A DNA stretch of 26,994 nt, taken from IMG/VR virus record IMGVR_UViG_3300010970_000093, positions 1 through 26,994 of that record; one strand, given 5' to 3'. This stretch comes from a virus. Below, one piece after another: positions 1-7,965 of this stretch; position 1 is the stretch's first letter; each line of letters starts with the position of its first letter. The translations under genes and the position numbers were made by a program. The notes beneath the pieces are model-generated. The model did not search any database, was not told the origin of the DNA, and was given only the letters and a program-made list of their open reading frames with translations.

Positions 1-55
1 AAGACGACGAAATTCGCAAACGTGATGAGATTATTAAGTCTTACACTGTGGACAT
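1..55. repeat. 55-nt terminal direct repeat identical to 26940-26994 (circular-assembly overlap)
   Basis: Read directly: aagacgacgaaattcgcaaacgtgatgagattattaagtcttacactgtggacat occurs at both ends of the window. It lies inside an ORF that stays in frame across the junction. Confidence 0.9.
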
Positions 56-401
56 GCCCTTGGTCAATACCGCAGCACAATTAGGTGCAGTAAACCCCAA
101 GCAAGTTCAAGCATTATTGAAGCCTAATCTTAGATTAGGAGAAACAGGTGAAGTCGAGGTACTAGATGAAAAAGGTACCGTTAGATATTCAGACAAGGGA
201 CAACCATTCAAGGTTGAAGACTTAGTCAAGGAATTTCTAGACACCAATCCTCACTTCAAGGCAGCTGGACCATCGACCTCACAGAGTAAGTCAAACGTAA
301 GCCAGTCACGTGAAAAACTAGACATTTCAAAATTGAATATGTCCAACCCAGTAGACAGAAAACTTTACGCGGAATACCGCAAAACTGCTGGAATTAACTA
401 A
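1..401 (+). CDS. Scaffolding-like protein, C-terminal part (continues from 26672-26994 across the circular junction; 222 aa in total)
   Basis: The frame of track ORF 48-401 is open back to nt 3. After the 55-nt overlap is collapsed it is in phase with the ATG at 26672 (669 nt). The N-terminal half is charged and coiled-coil-like. The gene sits between the portal and major capsid genes. Confidence 0.7.
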   Translation, partial: DDEIRKRDEIIKSYTVDMPLVNTAAQLGAVNPKQVQALLKPNLRLGETGEVEVLDEKGTVRYSDKGQPFKVEDLVKEFLDTNPHFKAAGPSTSQSKSNVSQSREKLDISKLNMSNPVDRKLYAEYRKTAGIN

Positions 402-419
402 ACTTAAAGGAAAATTATC

Positions 420-1280
420 ATGGCTGGATCAACCTCCGCAACATTAAACGATTTGTTACCTACAATCGTCCAAGAGGCAATGTTTGTTGCCCAAGAACGC
501 TCTATCATGCGCGGTCTAGTAAAGAATTACCAATTGGCACCAAGCCAAGGTAAAACAATTCAAGTTCCAATCTACCCACGTCAAACTGCTGCTGCATTGA
601 CAGAAGGTAACGAATTCGACAACACTGCTGTTTCTACAGACGTGGCAACTTTCGACGTTGCACAAGTTGGTATCCGTACATTGGTTACCGACCTTGCATT
701 GAACGCAAGTGCTTCTAACGTAGTTGCAGACTTAGGCCGTTTATTCGGTGAAGCTATTGCTACTAAGATGGACAAAGACTTGATCGCTAAGTTCTCTTCT
801 TTCACATCTAACACAGTTGGTTCTACATCAACAACTATCACTCCAGCTCTATTGATGCAAGCCATCACTAAGTTGAAGAACGGTGCTGTTCCAACAGACG
901 GTTTAGTTGCTGTTTTACACCCAGCTATTGCTTATGACTTGAAGTCTGCTATCACTACTTCTGGTTCTACAGCATTCGGTGGCAACGGTCAAGGCGAAGT
1001 TGCTAATGAAGCAATGCGCAATGGTTTCGTTGGTTTCTTGTTCGGTGTTCCAGTTTATGAAACATCTAACTTCACTGCTGCAACAGACGCAGGTGACTTC
1101 GTTGGTGGTGTATTCCACCGTGACGCTTTGGGTCTTGGCATTATGCGTGACATCCAAATCGAAACACAACGTCGTGCTTCTTACCTAGGTACTGACATCG
1201 TTGCTTCTGCAATGTATGGAACAGGCGTAGTTTACGAAGGCTACGGTTGCGCAGCTACTTTCGACTCTACAGTTCTTTAA
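420..1280 (+). CDS. Major capsid protein (HK97-fold type, 286 aa)
   Basis: AAGGA Shine-Dalgarno (SD) site 8 nt upstream. Size, position after the scaffold gene and strongly biased, highly expressed-looking codon usage fit. The N-terminus MAGSTSATLNDLLPTIVQEA...RSIMRGLV resembles small HK97-like coat proteins. Confidence 0.8.
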   Translation: MAGSTSATLNDLLPTIVQEAMFVAQERSIMRGLVKNYQLAPSQGKTIQVPIYPRQTAAALTEGNEFDNTAVSTDVATFDVAQVGIRTLVTDLALNASASNVVADLGRLFGEAIATKMDKDLIAKFSSFTSNTVGSTSTTITPALLMQAITKLKNGAVPTDGLVAVLHPAIAYDLKSAITTSGSTAFGGNGQGEVANEAMRNGFVGFLFGVPVYETSNFTAATDAGDFVGGVFHRDALGLGIMRDIQIETQRRASYLGTDIVASAMYGTGVVYEGYGCAATFDSTVL

Positions 1281-1294
1281 TCTAGGGGAAGACA

Positions 1295-1825
1295 ATGGCT
1301 TTCATTAATCCAGGACAAACAGGTGTAATTGCATTCGCTGAATACAGTGATGTAACAGATTGCGATCAACGCCTATTCGAGGCTAATGAAGGCATTGCTG
1401 ACTCGACAATAGTGGAAGATCTAACTGTTAAGGCCACAAGCCGCATTTTGCAGTTGATCAAGAATACTAATTGGTGGAAAAGATATTATCTTATTGAAGC
1501 CAATGAAACCGCTAGAGAAGCAACTAGAACATTGTCCACTGTAGACGTTCCTCTGCCTGATGCTGATTTAATCGTCGGTCGTCAGGCAGACTTCACAGAC
1601 CTTTGCGTATATCTTACATTGTATGAATACTTGCTACCAAAAGTGGCAGACTTCAGCAGTCAAGACAATGCAGAAGTTGTGAAGATTGGCGTTTATAGAA
1701 CAAAGTTCGAAGTGCTATTCAAGGAACTAATCGAAGATGGAAGCTGGTATGATTTTAATGCTGATGGCGTTGTCGTTAGCACAGAGAAACTACCAACTCG
1801 AGTTAATCTTGTGAGAGTAAGATGA
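1295..1825 (+). CDS. Head-tail connector / head completion protein (by position)
   Basis: 176-aa ORF immediately after the capsid gene. Its stop overlaps the next start (ATGA). Confidence 0.5.
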   Translation: MAFINPGQTGVIAFAEYSDVTDCDQRLFEANEGIADSTIVEDLTVKATSRILQLIKNTNWWKRYYLIEANETAREATRTLSTVDVPLPDADLIVGRQADFTDLCVYLTLYEYLLPKVADFSSQDNAEVVKIGVYRTKFEVLFKELIEDGSWYDFNADGVVVSTEKLPTRVNLVRVR

Positions 1826-2220
1826 GAACTGAATTGTTATCCGCAATCACTACCGCTGTCAGCACACTAACTCAGTTTGCTGTTAGCCAAGAATTGCCGT
1901 GGTCACAAAACGGAACTCCTCTCTATCTCAAGAACATGAAAAAGATTTATGTCGACAGAGAACGTCAGGAGCAAACAACATTGATCCCTACGCTCAACGG
2001 CGGCGATGTTTATCAGAACGATTTAATCTGCGAAGTATTTGTAGCAGTGGATGGTAAGAATCCTCCTAGTCAGTTAGATACCTTAATTACTAAGATACTA
2101 GACACAAAAAATAGCATAAGTGTGGTCAACTTCGGAACTGAAAGCGACTACACATTGTCTAAGGAAGAAGATGTAATGTATTACACTTTCGAATTTAGAC
2201 TAAACCAAGCAACAACATAA
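1822..2220 (+). CDS. Neck / tail completion protein (by position)
   Basis: 132-aa ORF translationally coupled to the previous gene, directly upstream of the major tail gene. Confidence 0.5.
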   Translation: MRTELLSAITTAVSTLTQFAVSQELPWSQNGTPLYLKNMKKIYVDRERQEQTTLIPTLNGGDVYQNDLICEVFVAVDGKNPPSQLDTLITKILDTKNSISVVNFGTESDYTLSKEEDVMYYTFEFRLNQATT

Positions 2221-2232
2221 AAGGAAAAAGCG

Positions 2233-2688
2233 ATGGCATACATCAACGTAAGCGCTCCTACAAGCAACGCAACTATCCAGATCTCTACTGCTACTATCAG
2301 CACAACAAGTTCTGGTTACACCGTTCCAGCTTTACAGGACGTAACAATCAACAACGCAGCAGGCGTATTCAACTGGACTCAGTTGGACACATTTGCACAA
2401 CTAGCAGTTTCAACTCCAGCTACCAACAGCGTAACGGCTAACATGGTATTGGATAGCACAACATTCTTCACTGGCAGTAACGGTGTAGACGGTCTATTCA
2501 ACCTAAGCAACGACGCAGTAGAAGTTAACTTCCGTGTTTACTTCAATGGTAAGTTGACAGGCGCAAAGTATGTAAGCGGCACAGGCTTCATTACAAACTT
2601 GGCACCAACTGTTAATCCAACAGCTCCAGTTTGGGTATCTCCAATCACAATCTCTGTGAACGGTGACTTGACAGCTGGCACAGTTTAA
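2233..2688 (+). CDS. Major tail (tube) protein
   Basis: 151-aa Ser/Thr/Asn-rich protein with an AAGGA SD. It is followed by an intrinsic terminator and lies upstream of the G/GT chaperone pair and tape measure (canonical siphovirus order). Confidence 0.65.
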   Translation: MAYINVSAPTSNATIQISTATISTTSSGYTVPALQDVTINNAAGVFNWTQLDTFAQLAVSTPATNSVTANMVLDSTTFFTGSNGVDGLFNLSNDAVEVNFRVYFNGKLTGAKYVSGTGFITNLAPTVNPTAPVWVSPITISVNGDLTAGTV

Positions 2689-2710
2689 TTAAATTAAATT
2701 GACGACTTGA

Positions 2711-2739
2711 AAGGAGGGCATATCCGCTCTCCTTTTTTT
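2711..2739 (+). terminator. Intrinsic terminator after the major tail gene
   Basis: Stem 2711-2719 (aaggagggc) pairs with 2726-2734 (gctctcctt): 9 bp including one G:U. Loop is atatcc, followed by T7 (2733-2739). Confidence 0.75.
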
Positions 2740-2771
2740 GTTTGCGATAAGTAATAGGATAGGAGATTAAT

Positions 2772-2933
2772 ATGGACCTAAGGGAACATCCCACAGAGGA
2801 TCTGATTAAAAGTTTAGAGGCAGAGATTGCTAAATCACTTGCCGAAGTTAAGAGCGCACAAGGCGACCTTGACAAGATTAACTCACGTTTAAGATTTGCA
2901 TTAGCAGTCTTACACATTATTAAAGAAAGATAA
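2772..2933 (+). CDS. Small coiled-coil protein (53 aa), unknown function; not in the ORF track
   Basis: ATG at 2772 is preceded by AGGAG (2761-2765). Translation: MDLREHPTEDLIKSLEAEIAKSLAEVKSAQGDLDKINSRLRFALAVLHIIKER. It fills the gap between the terminator and gpG. Confidence 0.55.
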   Translation: MDLREHPTEDLIKSLEAEIAKSLAEVKSAQGDLDKINSRLRFALAVLHIIKER

Positions 2934-2945
2934 AAAGGAATAAAG

Positions 2946-3290
2946 ATGGACATTACAAATTTCGTAAAAAAACCCCAACTAATGGAAGTAGCTATCAATG
3001 ATGCAGATATCATTGAGACTTATGGTGAGGAAGTAAAATTCTACATGAAGGATCATCTTGATCTCGACACATATTTCGACTTCTATAGATATCAACAAGA
3101 ATCTAGCAGTGAACAACTTATGTCCACTCTACGTAAAATCATTTTAAAACAAGACGGATCCAAAGCTATTGCTGATGAGGAAGTGTTACCTCTTGATTTA
3201 ACATTGGCTGTTTTAGTAAAGGTAAATGAAAATTTGGGAAAGTCCGGAACCAAGAAGTCAGAGAATCAAACTGGGACACATCAAGACTAA
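2946..3290 (+). CDS. Tail assembly chaperone (gpG-like)
   Basis: 114-aa acidic protein between the major tail gene and the tape measure. It contains the slippery heptamer near its 3' end. Confidence 0.8.
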   Translation: MDITNFVKKPQLMEVAINDADIIETYGEEVKFYMKDHLDLDTYFDFYRYQQESSSEQLMSTLRKIILKQDGSKAIADEEVLPLDLTLAVLVKVNENLGKSGTKKSENQTGTHQD

Positions 3291-3478
3291 TAACAATCGG
3301 AACGTTGGCTAGACATTATCGCAAACTTCCAAGTGAGATAGTAGAGCAAGCAACAACGTTCGATGTTATGGTTATGGATGTCATGACTACTTGGGAAAAT
3401 TACCAAAGAGATCCTCAGAATGAAACGAATTATAAAACTGAAGACCTCGAAGAATTAGTTAAAAGGACAAAAGGATGA
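2946..3478 (+). CDS. Tail assembly chaperone frameshift product (gpGT-like), join(2946..3241,3241..3478), 177 aa
   Basis: The -1 frame is open from 3230 to TGA 3476-3478. It encodes ...LARHYRKLPSEIVEQATTFDVMVMDVMTTWENYQRDPQNE... The frames are joined at GGGAAAG. Confidence 0.75.
3236..3242 (+). promoter_or_regulatory. Programmed -1 ribosomal frameshift slippery site G GGA AAG
   Basis: X XXY YYZ heptamer in the zero frame of gpG (codons GGA 3237, AAG 3240). The same heptamer is used by lambda G/GT. Confidence 0.75.
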
Positions 3479-3750
3479 GCGGAGAAATAACTCTAAGGTT
3501 AAAGCAAATTGAAAAAGAAATCACTGCTGAAGCCATGGCTAAAGAAGGATACACTTACTTCCGCAAGGTCACTCCATTTAGAACGGGTAATGCTAAACAA
3601 AATACCTTTCTAAACGGGGATACCATTGAAGCCACTTATCCTTATGCTCGTAGACTAGATGAAGGCTATAGCCCCCAGGCTCGAGACGGTATGACAAGAC
3701 CCACTGTGACACATGTCCAAGAGTGGGTTAAGAAACAAAGCAAAGGATAA
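3475..3750 (+). CDS. HK97 gp10-like tail/neck component
   Basis: The pattern TPFRTGNAKQNT...YPYARRLDEGYSPQA matches the P-x-D/R-TG-x-L...YA-x-x-E-x-G signature of the HK97-gp10 family. The start ATG overlaps the TGA of the T frame (ATGA). Confidence 0.55.
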   Translation: MSGEITLRLKQIEKEITAEAMAKEGYTYFRKVTPFRTGNAKQNTFLNGDTIEATYPYARRLDEGYSPQARDGMTRPTVTHVQEWVKKQSKG

Positions 3751-3756
3751 TGTGCT

Positions 3757-5925
3757 ATGGCAACCATAGAGAATTTCTTATTAAAATTTAAAGTAGAAGG
3801 ACAGGCAGCTCTTAATAATGCCAGTAATTCTGTCAAAGGACTTGGCAGTCAAGTTGCAACCCTAGCAGGAGGCCTTGGAGGTCTTGCTTCTGGGGTTGGT
3901 GTCGTAGGAGGAGCGTTTGTTGCCCTAGGCATGAAAGCCATTACCTTAGCAGATGAGATTAGCGACATCAGTGATGCCACTGGCATTAGCGCAGGAGCCC
4001 TATTAAATTTTAAACAAAGTTTAATTGAAGCAGGCGGTAAGGCTGAAGACTTTTCCACCCTAGCTGCTAAGTTAAACCAAAACATTGGTGATGCTGCCGA
4101 AGGTAGCGACAAAGCACAAAAGGCATTCCGCAATCTTGGAGTGTATGTTACTGATGCTGGTGGCAATGTTAGAGACACTGAAGTTATTCTACGTGATGCC
4201 ATTGCACGAATTGCTGCCATTGAAGATCCAAGTAAACGTGCAGCAGCGGCAGTTGATCTATTTGGTAAGTCAGCAAATAAATTAGACTTTACTAAACTTA
4301 CCGCAATGCGTGATCCTGTCATGGACGCTGACATTAAGCGCCTAGCTGAGTATCAATCAGCTATTGATAAGATACGTAATACATTAGAAACAAAACTTAT
4401 TAGCTTCTTTGGTGGTGTTGCATTAGAGATTGACAAATCCAGTCAGAAGATGGCTGAATTAGAAAAACAAGCTAATGCTCGTGGCAACACCACAAAATAT
4501 TCTGGCTATGGTCCTGGACCGTTATCAGGTATCAATCCTTTTGGTATTGGTGCTCCAGCAGGCGAAAGAGTAATGACTGCTCAAGAAAAGGAAGCATTAC
4601 GTATCAGTCAAATGGATCGCTTAATGGCTCCTGCCCTAGGCAAGCCAAGAGGTAGAACACAAGAAGCTATTGATGCAGCAGCGTCCTCTGGCAAGGGCGG
4701 TTACGGTGCAGAGTCAGATGCTATGCGTAAACGCCGCATGGAAATTGAAGCAACCAGCGGTGCTTACAAATTACAAAATAGTTTATTGCTTGACAACATC
4801 AACTTCGAAAAAGGTATGATCGGTAAGACTGATGAATACGTTCAGGTTGAAAAAGCACGTGAAGAAGTCCTAAAACGTGCGGCAGCAGAAAGTTTTAAAC
4901 TTCAAGAAGCTAAAAAGGCATTGGGCAAAGATGAAGGCGCATTAGCCTCAGTCTATGATCAACAAATTGCTAAGATTCATGAAGTAGCAAAAGCTGATGC
5001 TGATCGTATTGCCAATGCTACTCAAGGTCTAATGAATCTTAAAACATTAGAAAAATCTAGATTAAGCCTAGTTGATGAACTTCGTAAGCAACAAGAAAAG
5101 GCTGCTGACTTAGAATTTGCAGGTTCCAAGAAAGGTAAGAGTCCATTAGAACAACAAGTAATGGATATCCGTGAAACAGCTAGAAAGTCTGCAGAAGAAG
5201 CAAAGAAATCATTTACTGAAATATTCAGCGGACAAGACATGGCTGACCCAGCAGTATTCTTAGCATGGACAGATGGACTTGAAAAGATAAAACAAGGTTA
5301 TCAAGAACTTGCTGACAAACAAATTGAAGGCATGGGCGTAAGCAAGGAGTTTGCTACGGCAGGCATCGATGCATTACAATCATTACAGGATGAGATTAGA
5401 GGCGGAATGACAGAAGCTTGGGATGAATATAAATCCAAAGCTAATGATACTTCGGGACAAATTAAGAATTCATTTGCAACCTTTACCTCTGGCATGGAAG
5501 ATGCACTTGTTAGATTTGTGCAAACTGGCAAATTAAGTTTTGCTGATTTGGCTAACAGTATTATTGCTGACTTGGTTCGTATTGCAGTTAGAAAAGCCAT
5601 TGTGTTTGCAATGACCGGGGGCACTGGTAGTTTGTTTGGCTTTGCCAACGGTGGACCTGTTATGGGTGGACAACCTGTCATCGTAGGTGAACGTGGACCA
5701 GAATTGTTTGTTCCTGCCGCAGCTGGTAAGATTGTAAACAACGCAACATTAAATGGTGGCGGCAATTCGGGCAACGGATCAGGTGGATCACAAACCATAG
5801 TCAACTACAACATTCAAGCAGTGGATGCAAGTAGCTTCCGCAGTTTAGTTGCCAAGGATCCAAGCTTCATTTACGCAGTAACAGAACAAGGTAGACGCAG
5901 TCAACCTACAAGAGGAATTAGATAA
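3757..5925 (+). CDS. Tail tape measure protein (722 aa)
   Basis: Long Ala/Gly/Lys-rich helical protein after G/GT. C-terminal GGPVMGGQPVIVGERGPELFVP motif is typical of tape measure proteins. Confidence 0.85.
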   Translation: MATIENFLLKFKVEGQAALNNASNSVKGLGSQVATLAGGLGGLASGVGVVGGAFVALGMKAITLADEISDISDATGISAGALLNFKQSLIEAGGKAEDFSTLAAKLNQNIGDAAEGSDKAQKAFRNLGVYVTDAGGNVRDTEVILRDAIARIAAIEDPSKRAAAAVDLFGKSANKLDFTKLTAMRDPVMDADIKRLAEYQSAIDKIRNTLETKLISFFGGVALEIDKSSQKMAELEKQANARGNTTKYSGYGPGPLSGINPFGIGAPAGERVMTAQEKEALRISQMDRLMAPALGKPRGRTQEAIDAAASSGKGGYGAESDAMRKRRMEIEATSGAYKLQNSLLLDNINFEKGMIGKTDEYVQVEKAREEVLKRAAAESFKLQEAKKALGKDEGALASVYDQQIAKIHEVAKADADRIANATQGLMNLKTLEKSRLSLVDELRKQQEKAADLEFAGSKKGKSPLEQQVMDIRETARKSAEEAKKSFTEIFSGQDMADPAVFLAWTDGLEKIKQGYQELADKQIEGMGVSKEFATAGIDALQSLQDEIRGGMTEAWDEYKSKANDTSGQIKNSFATFTSGMEDALVRFVQTGKLSFADLANSIIADLVRIAVRKAIVFAMTGGTGSLFGFANGGPVMGGQPVIVGERGPELFVPAAAGKIVNNATLNGGGNSGNGSGGSQTIVNYNIQAVDASSFRSLVAKDPSFIYAVTEQGRRSQPTRGIR

Positions 5926-6920
5926 TGTCAATACAAAATATTATAGATGCAGCACAGCAGATTGAAATCGATCGCCGTAGAGTAGTTGCACAAACAATTA
6001 GTCGTAGTCAACGTATCAAGACCAGTGAGCGTAGTTCCTCACAACCTTGGAAGTTTACAGTAACCCCAGCTGGAAGTATGAGCTGGGCAGATAGCCGTGG
6101 CTTCATGGAAGTTATTAGCTTGAATGATCGCGTAGGTGAATATTCCATTAGCTTGAATAACAATTCTAGAATGAATTACATCACTGAGTATCAAGGTAAC
6201 TTAAATTCTACACAGCTTGGTGCAATCACAATTCAGACAGCTTCCACTGCTTCAATTAGCATTACAGACTTACCTGACATTGGTGATACCATTACCAGCA
6301 GAAGCATTACAATGACTGCACAAAGTTTCAGCACAACAACCAGTGCAACTTATAACAGAGCATTGAGTACTTCACGCAGCGATTTCTTAATCCCAACTGA
6401 TACCTATGATGCAAATTATTACAGCATTCAGTCTGGCGATGCAGTGACAGCAACTACCTACATCTATGGTGGACAAACTATTTCTGCAATCACTAGAGAT
6501 TACATTAGATTGAATGGTAACAGTTATACACGAGTTATTCTAAGCAGCCCACCTAACCAAAATAGTAATGCTGCCGCAGTGGATGGAGATCATAATGTTG
6601 TGGTCACTGACAGCAGTTCCAATCTAGTTTCCAGCAGCACAGTTATCTTTGCCATTGGAGATATCATTCAACCTAACAACAGTAGATATCCCTATACGGT
6701 AACTGCCAATGTCACACGCGGAGTCAATACCACAACCTCAGTATCACTACACAGAAGTATCATAACTAGTGAGGGGGTTACATTAGCGGGACAAACTCTT
6801 AAGGTTGGAAATAGTTGCACTTGGCAAGTTGTTGTATCAGCATTACCAAGTTACGCATTGATTCCAGGTAAGAGAGTTCAGTATACAGGTGACTTCGAAC
6901 TAATCGAAAAGGTAATTTAA
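5925..6920 (+). CDS. Distal tail protein (Dit / gpM position)
   Basis: 331-aa ORF overlapping the tape measure stop (TAATG). Called by position only. Confidence 0.5.
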   Translation: MSIQNIIDAAQQIEIDRRRVVAQTISRSQRIKTSERSSSQPWKFTVTPAGSMSWADSRGFMEVISLNDRVGEYSISLNNNSRMNYITEYQGNLNSTQLGAITIQTASTASISITDLPDIGDTITSRSITMTAQSFSTTTSATYNRALSTSRSDFLIPTDTYDANYYSIQSGDAVTATTYIYGGQTISAITRDYIRLNGNSYTRVILSSPPNQNSNAAAVDGDHNVVVTDSSSNLVSSSTVIFAIGDIIQPNNSRYPYTVTANVTRGVNTTTSVSLHRSIITSEGVTLAGQTLKVGNSCTWQVVVSALPSYALIPGKRVQYTGDFELIEKVI

Positions 6921-6921
6921 A

Positions 6922-7512
6922 ATGTCTATCAGTATTCCAGCATTAGATTCAACAAACATCAAGCATTGTTTGTTAATTGATCTACAGGTCAATACTACTA
7001 CCTACTATATCAGCAATGCCTATGCTCCAATTACTTACAATGGTCATTCCTACACACAGTTAGGTCACATGGTTAACCTAGGTGAAATGCAGGATGACTT
7101 GAAGATTACCAACAATCAATTAAGTTTATCACTAAGTGGCATTCCACCTGATGACGGCAGTCCTAACTATATGTCTGTTGTTTTAAACAGCAACATCAAG
7201 GGCAGTAAGATACAGATTTATCGTGCATTCTTCGATACCAGCACAGGCTTCTACAATCCCTCGCAGGTATACTTACGCTTCAGTGGTTATGTTTCTAATT
7301 ACAGTTTAAGTGAAAACTGGGATCAGGAAAATAAACTTGCCTCCAACAACATTGGCATTCAATGTTCCAGCATTATCGGCATCATGGAGAAGCAATACAC
7401 AGGACGTAGAACCAATGACAATGATCAGCAATTCTGGTATCCAGGTGATACTGGCATGTATAAGGTCAAGGCATTGAGTGATGCACAGTTCGACTTTGGA
7501 AAGCCAGTCTAA
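6922..7512 (+). CDS. Tail hub protein (gpL / DUF2163-like)
   Basis: The N-terminal pattern CLLIDLQVNTTTYYISNAYAPITYNGHSYTQLGHMVNLGEMQDDL resembles the conserved 'x-F-T-x-x-D-x-x-I-x-W-x-G-x-x-Y-x-x-x-G' core of lambda-L/GTA-g13-type hub proteins. The position fits. Confidence 0.55.
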   Translation: MSISIPALDSTNIKHCLLIDLQVNTTTYYISNAYAPITYNGHSYTQLGHMVNLGEMQDDLKITNNQLSLSLSGIPPDDGSPNYMSVVLNSNIKGSKIQIYRAFFDTSTGFYNPSQVYLRFSGYVSNYSLSENWDQENKLASNNIGIQCSSIIGIMEKQYTGRRTNDNDQQFWYPGDTGMYKVKALSDAQFDFGKPV

Positions 7513-7961
7513 TGATTAGACAAGCCGTTCCTGATGATACAATGGTTGTAGTTGCATTGTTGAGAAAGTTCCTTGGTGAGACAAGTTACAGTCAAGCTGA
7601 AGAAGCTGCCAAGGACTTAGAACACCTTTGCAAGATTGTTTGGACATGCTTTCAATATGGTTACATTTGGTTAGCATACGCAGATGAACAACCAGTGGGC
7701 GTGTTAATGAGCATTAAGGAACCGAACATGTGGTATCCTAAGGCTAAAGAATTAAGAGAAATAGTTTGGTATGTAACACCCGAACAGAGAAAGAATAGTA
7801 TCGGTGGTAAGTTGTTCTTAAGTTATTGTAAGAAGGGCGACGAGTTAATGAAGATAGGAGCAATCCAAGGTTACTTCACAACACAAATGACCACAACAGA
7901 TACAATTGACTTGGAGCGTAGAGGCTTTAAGTTAAAAGAAAGAACATATTTAAAGGATTAA
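7512..7961 (+). CDS. GNAT-family N-acetyltransferase-like protein
   Basis: 149 aa. Beta4/alpha3 segment IVWYVTPEQRKNSIGGKLFLSY aligns with the V-x-P-x-x-R-G-x-G-I-G-x-x-L acetyl-CoA loop, with G replaced by S at one position. C-terminal LERRGFK matches the typical GNAT ending. Confidence 0.55.
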   Translation: MIRQAVPDDTMVVVALLRKFLGETSYSQAEEAAKDLEHLCKIVWTCFQYGYIWLAYADEQPVGVLMSIKEPNMWYPKAKELREIVWYVTPEQRKNSIGGKLFLSYCKKGDELMKIGAIQGYFTTQMTTTDTIDLERRGFKLKERTYLKD

Positions 7962-7965
7962 GATT

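Noticed and set aside
581-5804. Minus-strand ORFs inside capsid, tail and tape-measure genes (581-868, 915-1169, 2645-3013, 3849-4334, 5022-5240, 5301-5804)
   Set aside because: All are fully embedded antisense to long, well-supported + strand genes and lack SD sequences. The compositions are odd: 3849-4334 and 5301-5804 are Ala/Pro/Ser-rich mirrors of the Ala/Gly-rich tape-measure frame. The region covered by 2645-3013 is better explained by a terminator plus the SD-preceded + strand ORF 2772-2933.
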